DNA of 62,111 bases from a virus (Duplodnaviria > Caudoviricetes). The stretch is from positions 1 to 62,111 of the IMG/VR virus record IMGVR_UViG_3300044681_000510. One strand, given 5' to 3'. The position numbers and the translations under genes were made by a program. The notes under the pieces are model-generated. The model was not told the DNA's origin and did not search any database. It was given only the letters and a program-made list of their open reading frames with translations. Shown here in pieces: positions 20,405-28,078 of this stretch; the first letter of the stretch is position 1; each line of letters opens with the position of its first letter.

Positions 20405-21447
20405 ACGATCTCCTGTGGAATTGTTTCTGGGCTATTAGAAAAATAGACACAACTTTCATCAACCCAAGTAGCATTATCAATCTGCGCTCTAATAAAGTCT
20501 TGCATTTCTTCAAGAGTATTGAATGTTACAGTATCACCGGGCATTCCATAGTAAAGTTTGAAGATACCGCATTCATCAAGAACATCGCCTTTATTAAGAA
20601 TAACTGTTGTAGTACCGCTCATATAAATAGCCTTTAAAAGTCTATTTAAATCTAGAAAATCAACCTTACGCTGGCGACCAGTAGTAGTGCCGTATTCCTT
20701 ACCTATAGCCCCAATCTTTGAGCGTTCAGGACAACTTAAGAAAGACTCAGGAAATCGTGGATCGTTTCCAGATCTAGTATCATACATCTTTGCAACACCG
20801 ACAACCTCTCCAATATCTCTAAAAGAAAAACCAAGAGAGCAAGCCGAATAAGGTAAAGTCTCTGAACTTGTTGTATACGGTGGATTACCTTGATTGATGT
20901 CTAGCCACATACCCTGAGCACCCTCACAAAGAAGTCTATCACTACCGCAGAATTCTCTATCTTCAGGCCATAGTAAATTCTCCATCTCAACAACCTTTAG
21001 AAAATTCTTTGCTAACGCAGACTTTCGTAACGCCTTATCTGAATAACAAGGAGCAATACCACAACCAGTAGTTCCTAGTTCTTTATGAAGATACATCTCA
21101 TCATAACGAATGTTTTCTGGTGTAATAAAACTAGCGTGTGGGTGAATCCAAAGTTTTTTCATTGGATTAAATCCAGCATTTTCTAGATATCTAATTTCTT
21201 TCTGAAGTTTAAAGTAATCAATAACACAATTAGGACCAATGATACATTCTTTATCGTGAAAAATACCACTAGGAATTTGGTGTGTCTTATATTTATTACC
21301 GTTTACATATACAGTATGACCTGCATTTGGTCCACCATTCCAACGGCATACATACTTGTAAGGAAACTTTTGACAATAACCAGATACAACCTTACCTTTA
21401 CCCTCATCCCCCCAAGCAAGACCAAATACAATATCAACTATTGCCAT
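20401..21447 (-). CDS. purA: Adenylosuccinate synthetase (short type)
   Basis: WGDEGKGK with catalytic Asp, GGPNAGHT, GTTGCGI, EGAQG, PYTTSS, EYGTTTGRQR, NKGD. Confidence 0.92.
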   Translation of the reverse strand: MAIVDIVFGLAWGDEGKGKVVSGYCQKFPYKYVCRWNGGPNAGHTVYVNGNKYKTHQIPSGIFHDKECIIGPNCVIDYFKLQKEIRYLENAGFNPMKKLWIHPHASFITPENIRYDEMYLHKELGTTGCGIAPCYSDKALRKSALAKNFLKVVEMENLLWPEDREFCGSDRLLCEGAQGMWLDINQGNPPYTTSSETLPYSACSLGFSFRDIGEVVGVAKMYDTRSGNDPRFPESFLSCPERSKIGAIGKEYGTTTGRQRKVDFLDLNRLLKAIYMSGTTTVILNKGDVLDECGIFKLYYGMPGDTVTFNTLEEMQDFIRAQIDNATWVDESCVYFSNSPETIPQEIV

Positions 21448-21448
21448 C

Positions 21449-23203
21449 TTAAACTCCTTGTGTTTGAGTTACATTATTAGGATCAAATACAACTTGACCA
21501 CCATCATCTATTGCAAAACCAACTTCCCTAAGTCTACCCGTTTTTCTATCGTAATACAATGCAGTAGCAATACCAGCCCTACCAGTAAGACGATTTTTAA
21601 GAACACGAATCATTGTAGTATTGGCAATAGTTTCATCAGGATTTTGACGATCACGCTCTAGAGCAATAACAGTATTTGGTACAGAAGATAGAGCACCAGA
21701 ACCACGAAGATCCTGTAGTGTAATTCTGTCACCTTCTTCATATGCTTTTTCTGTCTTCTTTAGCTGAGATACAATATCAATATGAACACCTGTACGAACA
21801 GCAATAGATCGTAGTTCCTTCATAAGTGTATCAATAATAATACGCTCTGAGTTACCACCATCAACATCTTTATCATGCATGCCGATAAGACCAGCAGCGG
21901 CAGCAGTAATATGGTCAAGAACAATAACATCAACCTTAAGACTAACGGCCATGTATTCCATGCGTGCTAGTAGGTTCTGCATTGCATTATTACCAAGATG
22001 ATCATAGATAAAGAAGTTAGTACCACTAAGCTTACGCTTTGCTCCTGCATACTCTTCATCAGAAAGATCGTCAATAAAGTCCATGTTGATTGGGTTCTTA
22101 CCAAGCTTATTACGAAGATCATTCATCATACGACAAGCACGAATAGCCCGTACTGGTTTATTTAGTATGAGACTAATCATATCATCCATTGTTTCTTGTG
22201 GAGATTCCTCAAGCATAATAGCACCAACTGATCTACCTTCTTCAAGATGGTGAAGAATTAGCTCACGAAGAATGGTAGACTTACCACTACCAGTACCACT
22301 AGCCCAAAGACTAATTTCACCTGATCTTTGACCAATAAGAAACTCGCTAAGGCTATCGAATGGGAATGGATAAACTCTTACATTAGCAATATCTTCTCCA
22401 TCATCAGCAATAGATGAAACATGTAAAATCTCATCTGGAGAATACATTTGTGCTTCCCATACAGCGGATACAACAGCTTTACCGTTGTTGTTCATTAAAC
22501 ATTCATTAGCATCTTTGAATGGAAGCTTCGCAATCTTACACTTACCGGGCGGTAGTATTTCAGCCGCTTGCTTAGTAGCAGTTCTGCCGGGTTCATCATT
22601 ATCGAAGCAAAGCACAATCTCATTGTAAGAGCAAAGGAATTCATAGTTATCCTTGATAGCCTTAACAGCAGATTGAGCACCATTAGGGATGGATACAACA
22701 GGCCAAGTGCCACCAAGTAGTTGATTAATTGTCATACAATCAATCTCACCCTCAGTTACAATAATACGCTTACCGCCAGTCTTCCAAAGATGCTGACCAA
22801 ATAGCTCTACATTCTTACTGTTACCCTTCCAGTAAAATTGCTTGTTTGGCCCTCGTAAGTGTTGTGCAACAAGTTCACCTGATCTATAATAGTTTGAGAT
22901 TTCTACATCCTTACCATTTACCTTGGCGGACTCATAGCCATACAAACGACAAGTCTTATCATCAATATTACGATGAGTAAGAGGGACTACAGTTCCTTTA
23001 ATTGGCTTAAAGTCTGTAACCTGAGTAAAAGAAGTTTCTTGTTCCATAGGTCTAGTTACTCCATCCTTTCCTTCATAGTATTGACAAGCAAAACAGTAAA
23101 AGTGATCTGTATATTCTACAAGATTGTCGCCCTTATGGTCGTTACCAGAAGCAGAACATCTTGGACACCTGCTACGCTTACCAGTAAATGTACTATTATT
23201 CAT
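21449..23203 (-). CDS. DNA primase-helicase (T7 gp4-like)
   Basis: Zn finger CPRC...CFAC, TEGEIDC, FDNDEPG TOPRIM, GTGSGKS, LDHI, DLRGSG, KNRLTG. Confidence 0.96.
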   Translation of the reverse strand: MNNSTFTGKRSRCPRCSASGNDHKGDNLVEYTDHFYCFACQYYEGKDGVTRPMEQETSFTQVTDFKPIKGTVVPLTHRNIDDKTCRLYGYESAKVNGKDVEISNYYRSGELVAQHLRGPNKQFYWKGNSKNVELFGQHLWKTGGKRIIVTEGEIDCMTINQLLGGTWPVVSIPNGAQSAVKAIKDNYEFLCSYNEIVLCFDNDEPGRTATKQAAEILPPGKCKIAKLPFKDANECLMNNNGKAVVSAVWEAQMYSPDEILHVSSIADDGEDIANVRVYPFPFDSLSEFLIGQRSGEISLWASGTGSGKSTILRELILHHLEEGRSVGAIMLEESPQETMDDMISLILNKPVRAIRACRMMNDLRNKLGKNPINMDFIDDLSDEEYAGAKRKLSGTNFFIYDHLGNNAMQNLLARMEYMAVSLKVDVIVLDHITAAAAGLIGMHDKDVDGGNSERIIIDTLMKELRSIAVRTGVHIDIVSQLKKTEKAYEEGDRITLQDLRGSGALSSVPNTVIALERDRQNPDETIANTTMIRVLKNRLTGRAGIATALYYDRKTGRLREVGFAIDDGGQVVFDPNNVTQTQGV

Positions 23204-23501
23204 TAAGACCAAGCTCCTCATCTAACTCTGCTAATTTATCCATACACTTTTTACACTTTGATTCTGGAAGTAACCATGCATTTTTACCATTATCAAAACA
23301 ATCCCACCCCCACTTTTCAGCAACCTTTTGGGGATCTGCGGGAGATAACTGTTTGCAGTACAAGGCTCGTACCCTGTCACGATCTTTGATAAGAACATCC
23401 ATTGCTAATGCAAGATTATTCCTATCTGTTTCAAGATGCTCGCATCGAGATTCAAGTTCTTCAATTTGTAACAAAGCCCAACTCATAGGATCATCACTCA
23501 T
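23196..23501 (-). CDS. Hypothetical protein
   Basis: Coupled overlaps on both sides; coiled coil and CKKC. Confidence 0.6.
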   Translation of the reverse strand: MSDDPMSWALLQIEELESRCEHLETDRNNLALAMDVLIKDRDRVRALYCKQLSPADPQKVAEKWGWDCFDNGKNAWLLPESKCKKCMDKLAELDEELGLNE

Positions 23502-23809
23502 AGTTTTAATACCTTGCTTTGTATTGATGTTGTAATTTCTACAGTAAGATAACCTTCCTGTGTAGGCTCAATTGCAATAACACGACTAATTTTTTCCTTT
23601 TTTGAACCACCAACAAAGAATGACATTGAATCTCCGGTACAGATAAAAGGACCGCCCTCATAATCAATATAATAATTACCGTCGTTATCTTGCCCTCCTC
23701 TACAATATACCGAAGGTCCATCAACAATGTACTTGTTTCTAGCAACTTTAGTAAATACTCTTGGTTGCTGATATCTAGACATAATTGTTTTAGTTTCGCC
23801 TATCTTCAT
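23498..23809 (-). CDS. Hypothetical protein
   Basis: ATGA overlaps at both ends; DYEGGPFI motif. Confidence 0.65.
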   Translation of the reverse strand: MKIGETKTIMSRYQQPRVFTKVARNKYIVDGPSVYCRGGQDNDGNYYIDYEGGPFICTGDSMSFFVGGSKKEKISRVIAIEPTQEGYLTVEITTSIQSKVLKL

Positions 23810-24159
23810 AACTCAACCATTTCCCCAACTTCGTTGGTATAAAAGATTTTATCGAATAAATTGATACACCAAGGCATACAAAACTTGCATGGTTTAGACA
23901 TTCCAATATGACCAGTCTTACTAAATCTATAGTTCATAAGAACAAGCTTATCAAAATTACCGTCCATTTTTCTAAAAGCATCTAACTCAGAATGAAGATA
24001 TGGTAACATATAACCAAGCTCAACAGTCTTTGGGTGCGTTTTCCAGTTATTAGTACCAACAGTAATAAGTTTATTCTTACGGACTATAAGAGAAACATGA
24101 ACACGATCACGCTGAACAGTTTCGGATATTTTTCTAGCAAGTTCAAGCCAAGATTCCAT
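23806..24159 (-). CDS. Zn-dependent cytidine/deoxycytidylate deaminase family protein
   Basis: VGTN, HSE (HxE) and SKPCKFC (PCxxC) motifs; start refined to MESWL after GGAG. Confidence 0.8.
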   Translation of the reverse strand: MESWLELARKISETVQRDRVHVSLIVRKNKLITVGTNNWKTHPKTVELGYMLPYLHSELDAFRKMDGNFDKLVLMNYRFSKTGHIGMSKPCKFCMPWCINLFDKIFYTNEVGEMVEL

Positions 24160-24619
24160 TAGACATCTCCGTATACCATGACGGCGTTTCGGTCCTCTTC
24201 CAGTAAGCAATATCTTTCTTATCATTTACATAATAGGTACGATAAGCAAGAACGGCATTAGTATTTTTATATTTATCTGGCATAGCCTGAGCAAACTCAG
24301 TTAAACCAAGATCAAGAATAGGTGGTCTATTAATTTTACACCACTCAATAACATCACTGGATTTGTGATGCTTACCAAAACGCTTGGTATATTCAAAACC
24401 AATTTCTTCGCCATGTTCAATTAACCAGTTATAGTTTGATATACTTGTTCTTGTCCAAATAGTGCATGGATGGTTTTTGTGTGCAACTTTATATGGAGCA
24501 GCCCCGTTATGAACAGTACACAACATTTGAGCAGATTCAAGAACCATCTTTACAACATGCTTATCACAAAGGTATCTAGCAGCTTGTCTTGGACAATTAT
24601 CAAGCACGAAGATATTCAT
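24143..24619 (-). CDS. Pyrimidine-dimer DNA glycosylase (DenV-like) family protein
   Basis: MNIFVLD..P..AA...CDKHVVKM.LESAQML, HKNHPC..W, NY.WL, AYR.YY. Confidence 0.8.
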   Translation of the reverse strand: MNIFVLDNCPRQAARYLCDKHVVKMVLESAQMLCTVHNGAAPYKVAHKNHPCTIWTRTSISNYNWLIEHGEEIGFEYTKRFGKHHKSSDVIEWCKINRPPILDLGLTEFAQAMPDKYKNTNAVLAYRTYYVNDKKDIAYWKRTETPSWYTEMSNGILA

Positions 24620-25244
24620 TAAGTGCCCTCCAACTCATGGGGAAAAGGTTAGAACAAATATTACTAACAGCAGTAGCGTATTCCCTAACTTCAGCCTGTG
24701 CGGTTTCGTGTGATCGCAGGGAAACCATCCTAGCCCACGCATACAACGAACCAGTCCAAATCCACTCTGTGAACATAGACTGCGGCAGAATGGCTCTAGC
24801 TTGCTCAGGACACACGCCACTCTCTAGAAGTCTATCGTACATGATTAGGGCAGCGGAGCACATATTCTTATAATCAAGAAGCAACTCTGGATTATCAATA
24901 AACTCATCCATTGAACCTTGCTTCTTATTAGCAGCCCTTCTTCTAAAGTTATCTGGAACCCAACAATCTGGTGTATAGTCAACATAACGACGGCTAACTT
25001 CATTCCAAGCAAAGCCAACCTGATGCTTTGCTAACTGTCGTGCGATAAAAACAGGAGCCTTAAATCTCATTTTAATTGATGTATGAGCAAAAGGACTCCA
25101 ATGATTATGCTTGGCTAAATAATTAATTAGCTTATTGTTTTGTTCAGTTTCATATTGAGTAGAGATCTTATCAAAAGAAACTCTTGCAGCATCAACAACA
25201 GACCCGTCATTTCCCATATGATCAATATATTCAACAATAGTCAT
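24600..25244 (-). CDS. thyX: Flavin-dependent thymidylate synthase
   Basis: AARVSF, HWSPFAH, IARQLAKH, NEVSRRY, EQARAILP, AQAEVR. Confidence 0.93.
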   Translation of the reverse strand: MTIVEYIDHMGNDGSVVDAARVSFDKISTQYETEQNNKLINYLAKHNHWSPFAHTSIKMRFKAPVFIARQLAKHQVGFAWNEVSRRYVDYTPDCWVPDNFRRRAANKKQGSMDEFIDNPELLLDYKNMCSAALIMYDRLLESGVCPEQARAILPQSMFTEWIWTGSLYAWARMVSLRSHETAQAEVREYATAVSNICSNLFPMSWRALNEYLRA

Positions 25245-25260
25245 AATTAATCTCCTTTAA

Positions 25261-25343
25261 ATCGTTGGGGCGGATTTGCACCGCCATCTTTATACACGCT
25301 TGGGGTAAATGTATACTGTTTTCCTAGCTTAAACTACCAAAGA
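25261..25343 (-). ncRNA. tRNA-like element with elongated anticodon arm
   Basis: Acceptor TCTTTGG/CCAACGA (one mismatch), D-stem GTTT/AAAC with GG in loop, T-arm GGCGG-TGCAAAT-CCGCC, 27-nt anticodon arm; fills the rusA-thyX gap. Confidence 0.65.
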
Positions 25344-25348
25344 CACAC

Positions 25349-25726
25349 TTATTTGGGATTGTTTATTCCAAGTATGAAGTAACCACTAGAGCCGACTTCA
25401 GCCCACTCCTTAGTTACATACATGGATACGATCTGCGAATCGTCTTCCCATAGTTTACCATTTAAAATATCAAACACCGCTTTTGCGTAATTATCCAAGT
25501 CTGCTCTTGGATGATCTCTAGCCGTCTTTTTTGGACGCTTTACATATAACTCCAAAGTAATGCATAGGGGTCCACTAAGTAATTTTCTATCAGTTCCAAT
25601 TACTTCGTAGACTTTTGCAGAAGCTTCTTCTCTAAAGTCTTTGTAAGGACCGGAGTAATAAGCTCCCCACTTACCAACCCTAGGTCTAGAAGCAGCAACG
25701 GGTGATATATCAAACTTCCATTCCAT
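25349..25726 (-). CDS. rusA: RusA-family Holliday junction resolvase
   Basis: RPR, DLDNYAKAVFDIL, WEDDSQIV. Confidence 0.9.
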   Translation of the reverse strand: MEWKFDISPVAASRPRVGKWGAYYSGPYKDFREEASAKVYEVIGTDRKLLSGPLCITLELYVKRPKKTARDHPRADLDNYAKAVFDILNGKLWEDDSQIVSMYVTKEWAEVGSSGYFILGINNPK

Positions 25727-26253
25727 CAGAACGGAATATCATCATCTGTAACTTCTTCTGTCTCGACTGTGGATGCAGACTTATTGCTGGCAGCACCAAC
25801 AAAACCACCTTCAACTGGAGCGAATCCACTGCTGGAACCGCCACCAATATTATTCTTTTCGATGATTTGAACACCGTTAAGATATAGACTGAGAGAGTTA
25901 TCACGACTAAGAACCATAGGCTGAAGCTTTAGGCGAACTTTATCTCCACCAAAAGCAACAACTTCTGTTTCCTTAGCAAGAGCATCAACACAAGGGAACT
26001 TAACCTTGTCAACATGAGTCTTGCTCTTAAACTTTACATACTTAACGCCCTCTTTTTCAATCATACCATTAATCTTCTTTGCCCCACTCTTTTTGAGTAT
26101 TTCAGCAAGAGTCTTTTGAAGACCCTTATCAGCGATAACGGTAATGTTATGGTTAGCGGAGTTTTCGCCAAAGTTAGTATCTGGCTTCAGTAAATTACTC
26201 CACTTAACTTCAAGAGTTTCAGTTACTAGGGGCGGCAACTTCGTTGACTTCAT
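25726..26253 (-). CDS. ssb: Single-stranded DNA-binding protein (T7 gp2.5-like)
   Basis: WSNLLKPDTNF, SLYLNGVQII, acidic tail ending DDDIPF. Confidence 0.85.
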   Translation of the reverse strand: MKSTKLPPLVTETLEVKWSNLLKPDTNFGENSANHNITVIADKGLQKTLAEILKKSGAKKINGMIEKEGVKYVKFKSKTHVDKVKFPCVDALAKETEVVAFGGDKVRLKLQPMVLSRDNSLSLYLNGVQIIEKNNIGGGSSSGFAPVEGGFVGAASNKSASTVETEEVTDDDIPF

Positions 26254-26428
26254 TTGAATTCTCCTTATTCATATTTGTAGTAGCAGCAGACTGAGCAGCA
26301 ATAAGACGAGTAACCTGTTCATTAATATTACTAGTAATTCCAGTTAGAACTGTACTAATATTTGAAAGATACTCAATTACGCTTACGCCAGTTACAGTTG
26401 GTCCATTTTCAATATTTCCTGTATTCAT
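26219..26428 (-). CDS. Hypothetical protein
   Basis: AGGAGG RBS; first gene after the promoter repeat. Confidence 0.6.
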   Translation of the reverse strand: MNTGNIENGPTVTGVSVIEYLSNISTVLTGITSNINEQVTRLIAAQSAATTNMNKENSNEVNEVAAPSN

Positions 26429-26452
26429 TACTTTTCCTCCTTTCTGATAGCA

Positions 26453-26473
26453 CCTATCAGTAGCCCCAACTAT
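26453..26473 (-). promoter_or_regulatory. Putative phage RNAP promoter
   Basis: ATAGTTGGGGCTACTGATAGG, identical 21-mer at 33549-33569; intergenic, upstream of the replication block. Confidence 0.7.
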
Positions 26474-26793
26474 CAGGGCCAGTCGTTATAGAAAACTTTT
26501 CCATTTCCGTCCTTATCAAGAACTTCAACAGCATTGGCTTCATAGGCCGATAACAAACGCATACCAAGTTCAGTCATTCCAAGATCTTTCCAATTAGTTT
26601 CAATACACTTTTCAATATTAGACCTCATCCAAGACTCGTCGCATACAGTATAATCTGGTTGTTTAGCATAACTTGGGTAAAGCTCTGCTTCACTAAATGG
26701 TTGGGATAGTGGAAGCCACATTCTAACAGTAAACTTTGGAGTAACAAACTTAAACATTTCTTCAGTGAGAACAGTAAATCTTTTTTGTTCCAT
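26473..26793 (-). CDS. Hypothetical protein
   Basis: GAGG RBS; 106 aa within operon. Confidence 0.65.
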   Translation of the reverse strand: MEQKRFTVLTEEMFKFVTPKFTVRMWLPLSQPFSEAELYPSYAKQPDYTVCDESWMRSNIEKCIETNWKDLGMTELGMRLLSAYEANAVEVLDKDGNGKVFYNDWP

Positions 26794-26801
26794 GTTTTAC
26801 C

Positions 26802-27461
26802 TCACATATTCATAAGTTCAAGATAAGGAACACCATCAATTACAACACCACAAGATATAATAGGCTTCTTAATAAGATTCTTGCCATAGGCCATCTCATA
26901 TCTATTCTTATCTACACCACACCCAACATCCATGCCAAAAATACGACGGTCAGGACCACAAAGCCAATTGATGCCAGCAATAGAATGGTGATGTCCCATA
27001 ACGATTGGAAACGCGGACATCTTAGCTGTATTAAAAGCTGGATATTGAGAAGAAGAGCCAGTACCGTGTTGATAGCGAGTGCTATCGATAATATGAGCAT
27101 ACATCCACTCCCATTTAGTAGTTCCGTAAACTTCATTATAAGTCTTTAGATAAAAATCTGGAATACCTACGCTGGATGCCAATCTAAAGACACGCTCATC
27201 GTGATTACCAATACAAACCTTGAGATTAGGAAATTCCTTTTCCCATTGCTTAATGTAATTCATTGCCTTTTTGTACTCAACAACAGCACCTTCATTTTCC
27301 GGGTGCTTTGAGTGGAATGAAATACAATGGTGATCTACAACATCACCCATATGAACAAATTCATTACACTTATATTTATCTCTAATCTTTTTAACAAAAG
27401 TAAAGTAATTTTTGTGTACCGCAGGAAAATGGGTATCACCAATAACAAGAACTCTAGACAT
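26802..27461 (-). CDS. Calcineurin-like metallophosphoesterase
   Basis: GDTH, GDVVD, GNHD, HG, GHHH motifs; AGGAG RBS. Confidence 0.9.
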   Translation of the reverse strand: MSRVLVIGDTHFPAVHKNYFTFVKKIRDKYKCNEFVHMGDVVDHHCISFHSKHPENEGAVVEYKKAMNYIKQWEKEFPNLKVCIGNHDERVFRLASSVGIPDFYLKTYNEVYGTTKWEWMYAHIIDSTRYQHGTGSSSQYPAFNTAKMSAFPIVMGHHHSIAGINWLCGPDRRIFGMDVGCGVDKNRYEMAYGKNLIKKPIISCGVVIDGVPYLELMNM

Positions 27462-27462
27462 G

Positions 27463-27702
27463 TTACTCCTTTTCAATGTAAATGTTGATGTTCATATCTG
27501 TTTGAAATGGAACATCCTTTAACATCATCTCTGCATGACAATTATCTAAAAAGATAGCAGAAAATCTTCCGGTAGGAAACCAAAGATTTATGGTTTTCTT
27601 TATCTCATCAGATAAAGCAAGATCAACTACTCTTTTTACTGCGACCTCCATATCGCCTTCGCTTTCTACCTTTAGTATTTTTCTTCTTCTTTTTTTTGCC
27701 AC
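27463..27702 (-). CDS. Hypothetical protein
   Basis: 79 aa within operon, basic N-terminus. Confidence 0.55.
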   Translation of the reverse strand: MAKKRRRKILKVESEGDMEVAVKRVVDLALSDEIKKTINLWFPTGRFSAIFLDNCHAEMMLKDVPFQTDMNINIYIEKE

Positions 27703-28078
27703 TTGTAATTAACCTTTCAATTGATACAATCATTCCCCAAGGTATTTTATTGATTACGCCAACACAATCATTGGCTACTGTATCAACCAAAGCTATGTAT
27801 GATTTAGTTTCTTCTACAATAAAACCAATTGAAATAACCGTTGGTAATTCTCCATCAAGAGTTTTTTCTAAGTTTTTAATCGGATACCATCCACCATCTC
27901 CAAGTGTTTCAGCATCAAGCCAAATAACAACAACTGGATTAGTGGAAGAAATAATCTGCTTCAAGAACGGATGAAATGTTGAAGCAGCCGATTTCAGGCG
28001 TTCCCGGTAATTCAACACCGAGGACTTTTTCAACATCTTCTTTGAGTCGTTCAAGAAGGGGTTCTTTGTGCATTTCAT
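27623..28078 (-). CDS. Hypothetical protein (true start probably near 27964, overlapping RNAP end)
   Basis: VIWLDA...W...SIGF....IPWGMIVSIERL pattern of a common phage family; the 5' part of the ORF call lies inside RNAP. Confidence 0.55.
   Translation of the reverse strand: MKCTKNPFLNDSKKMLKKSSVLNYRERLKSAASTFHPFLKQIISSTNPVVVIWLDAETLGDGGWYPIKNLEKTLDGELPTVISIGFIVEETKSYIALVDTVANDCVGVINKIPWGMIVSIERLITSGKKKKKKNTKGRKRRRYGGRSKKSS

Noticed and set aside
20401-21447. PurZ / 2-aminoadenine (Z) genome system
   Set aside because: The protein keeps the PurA catalytic Asp (WGDEGKGK) and the TTTGRQR loop; PurZ has Ser there. No DatZ- or MazZ-like gene was recognised.
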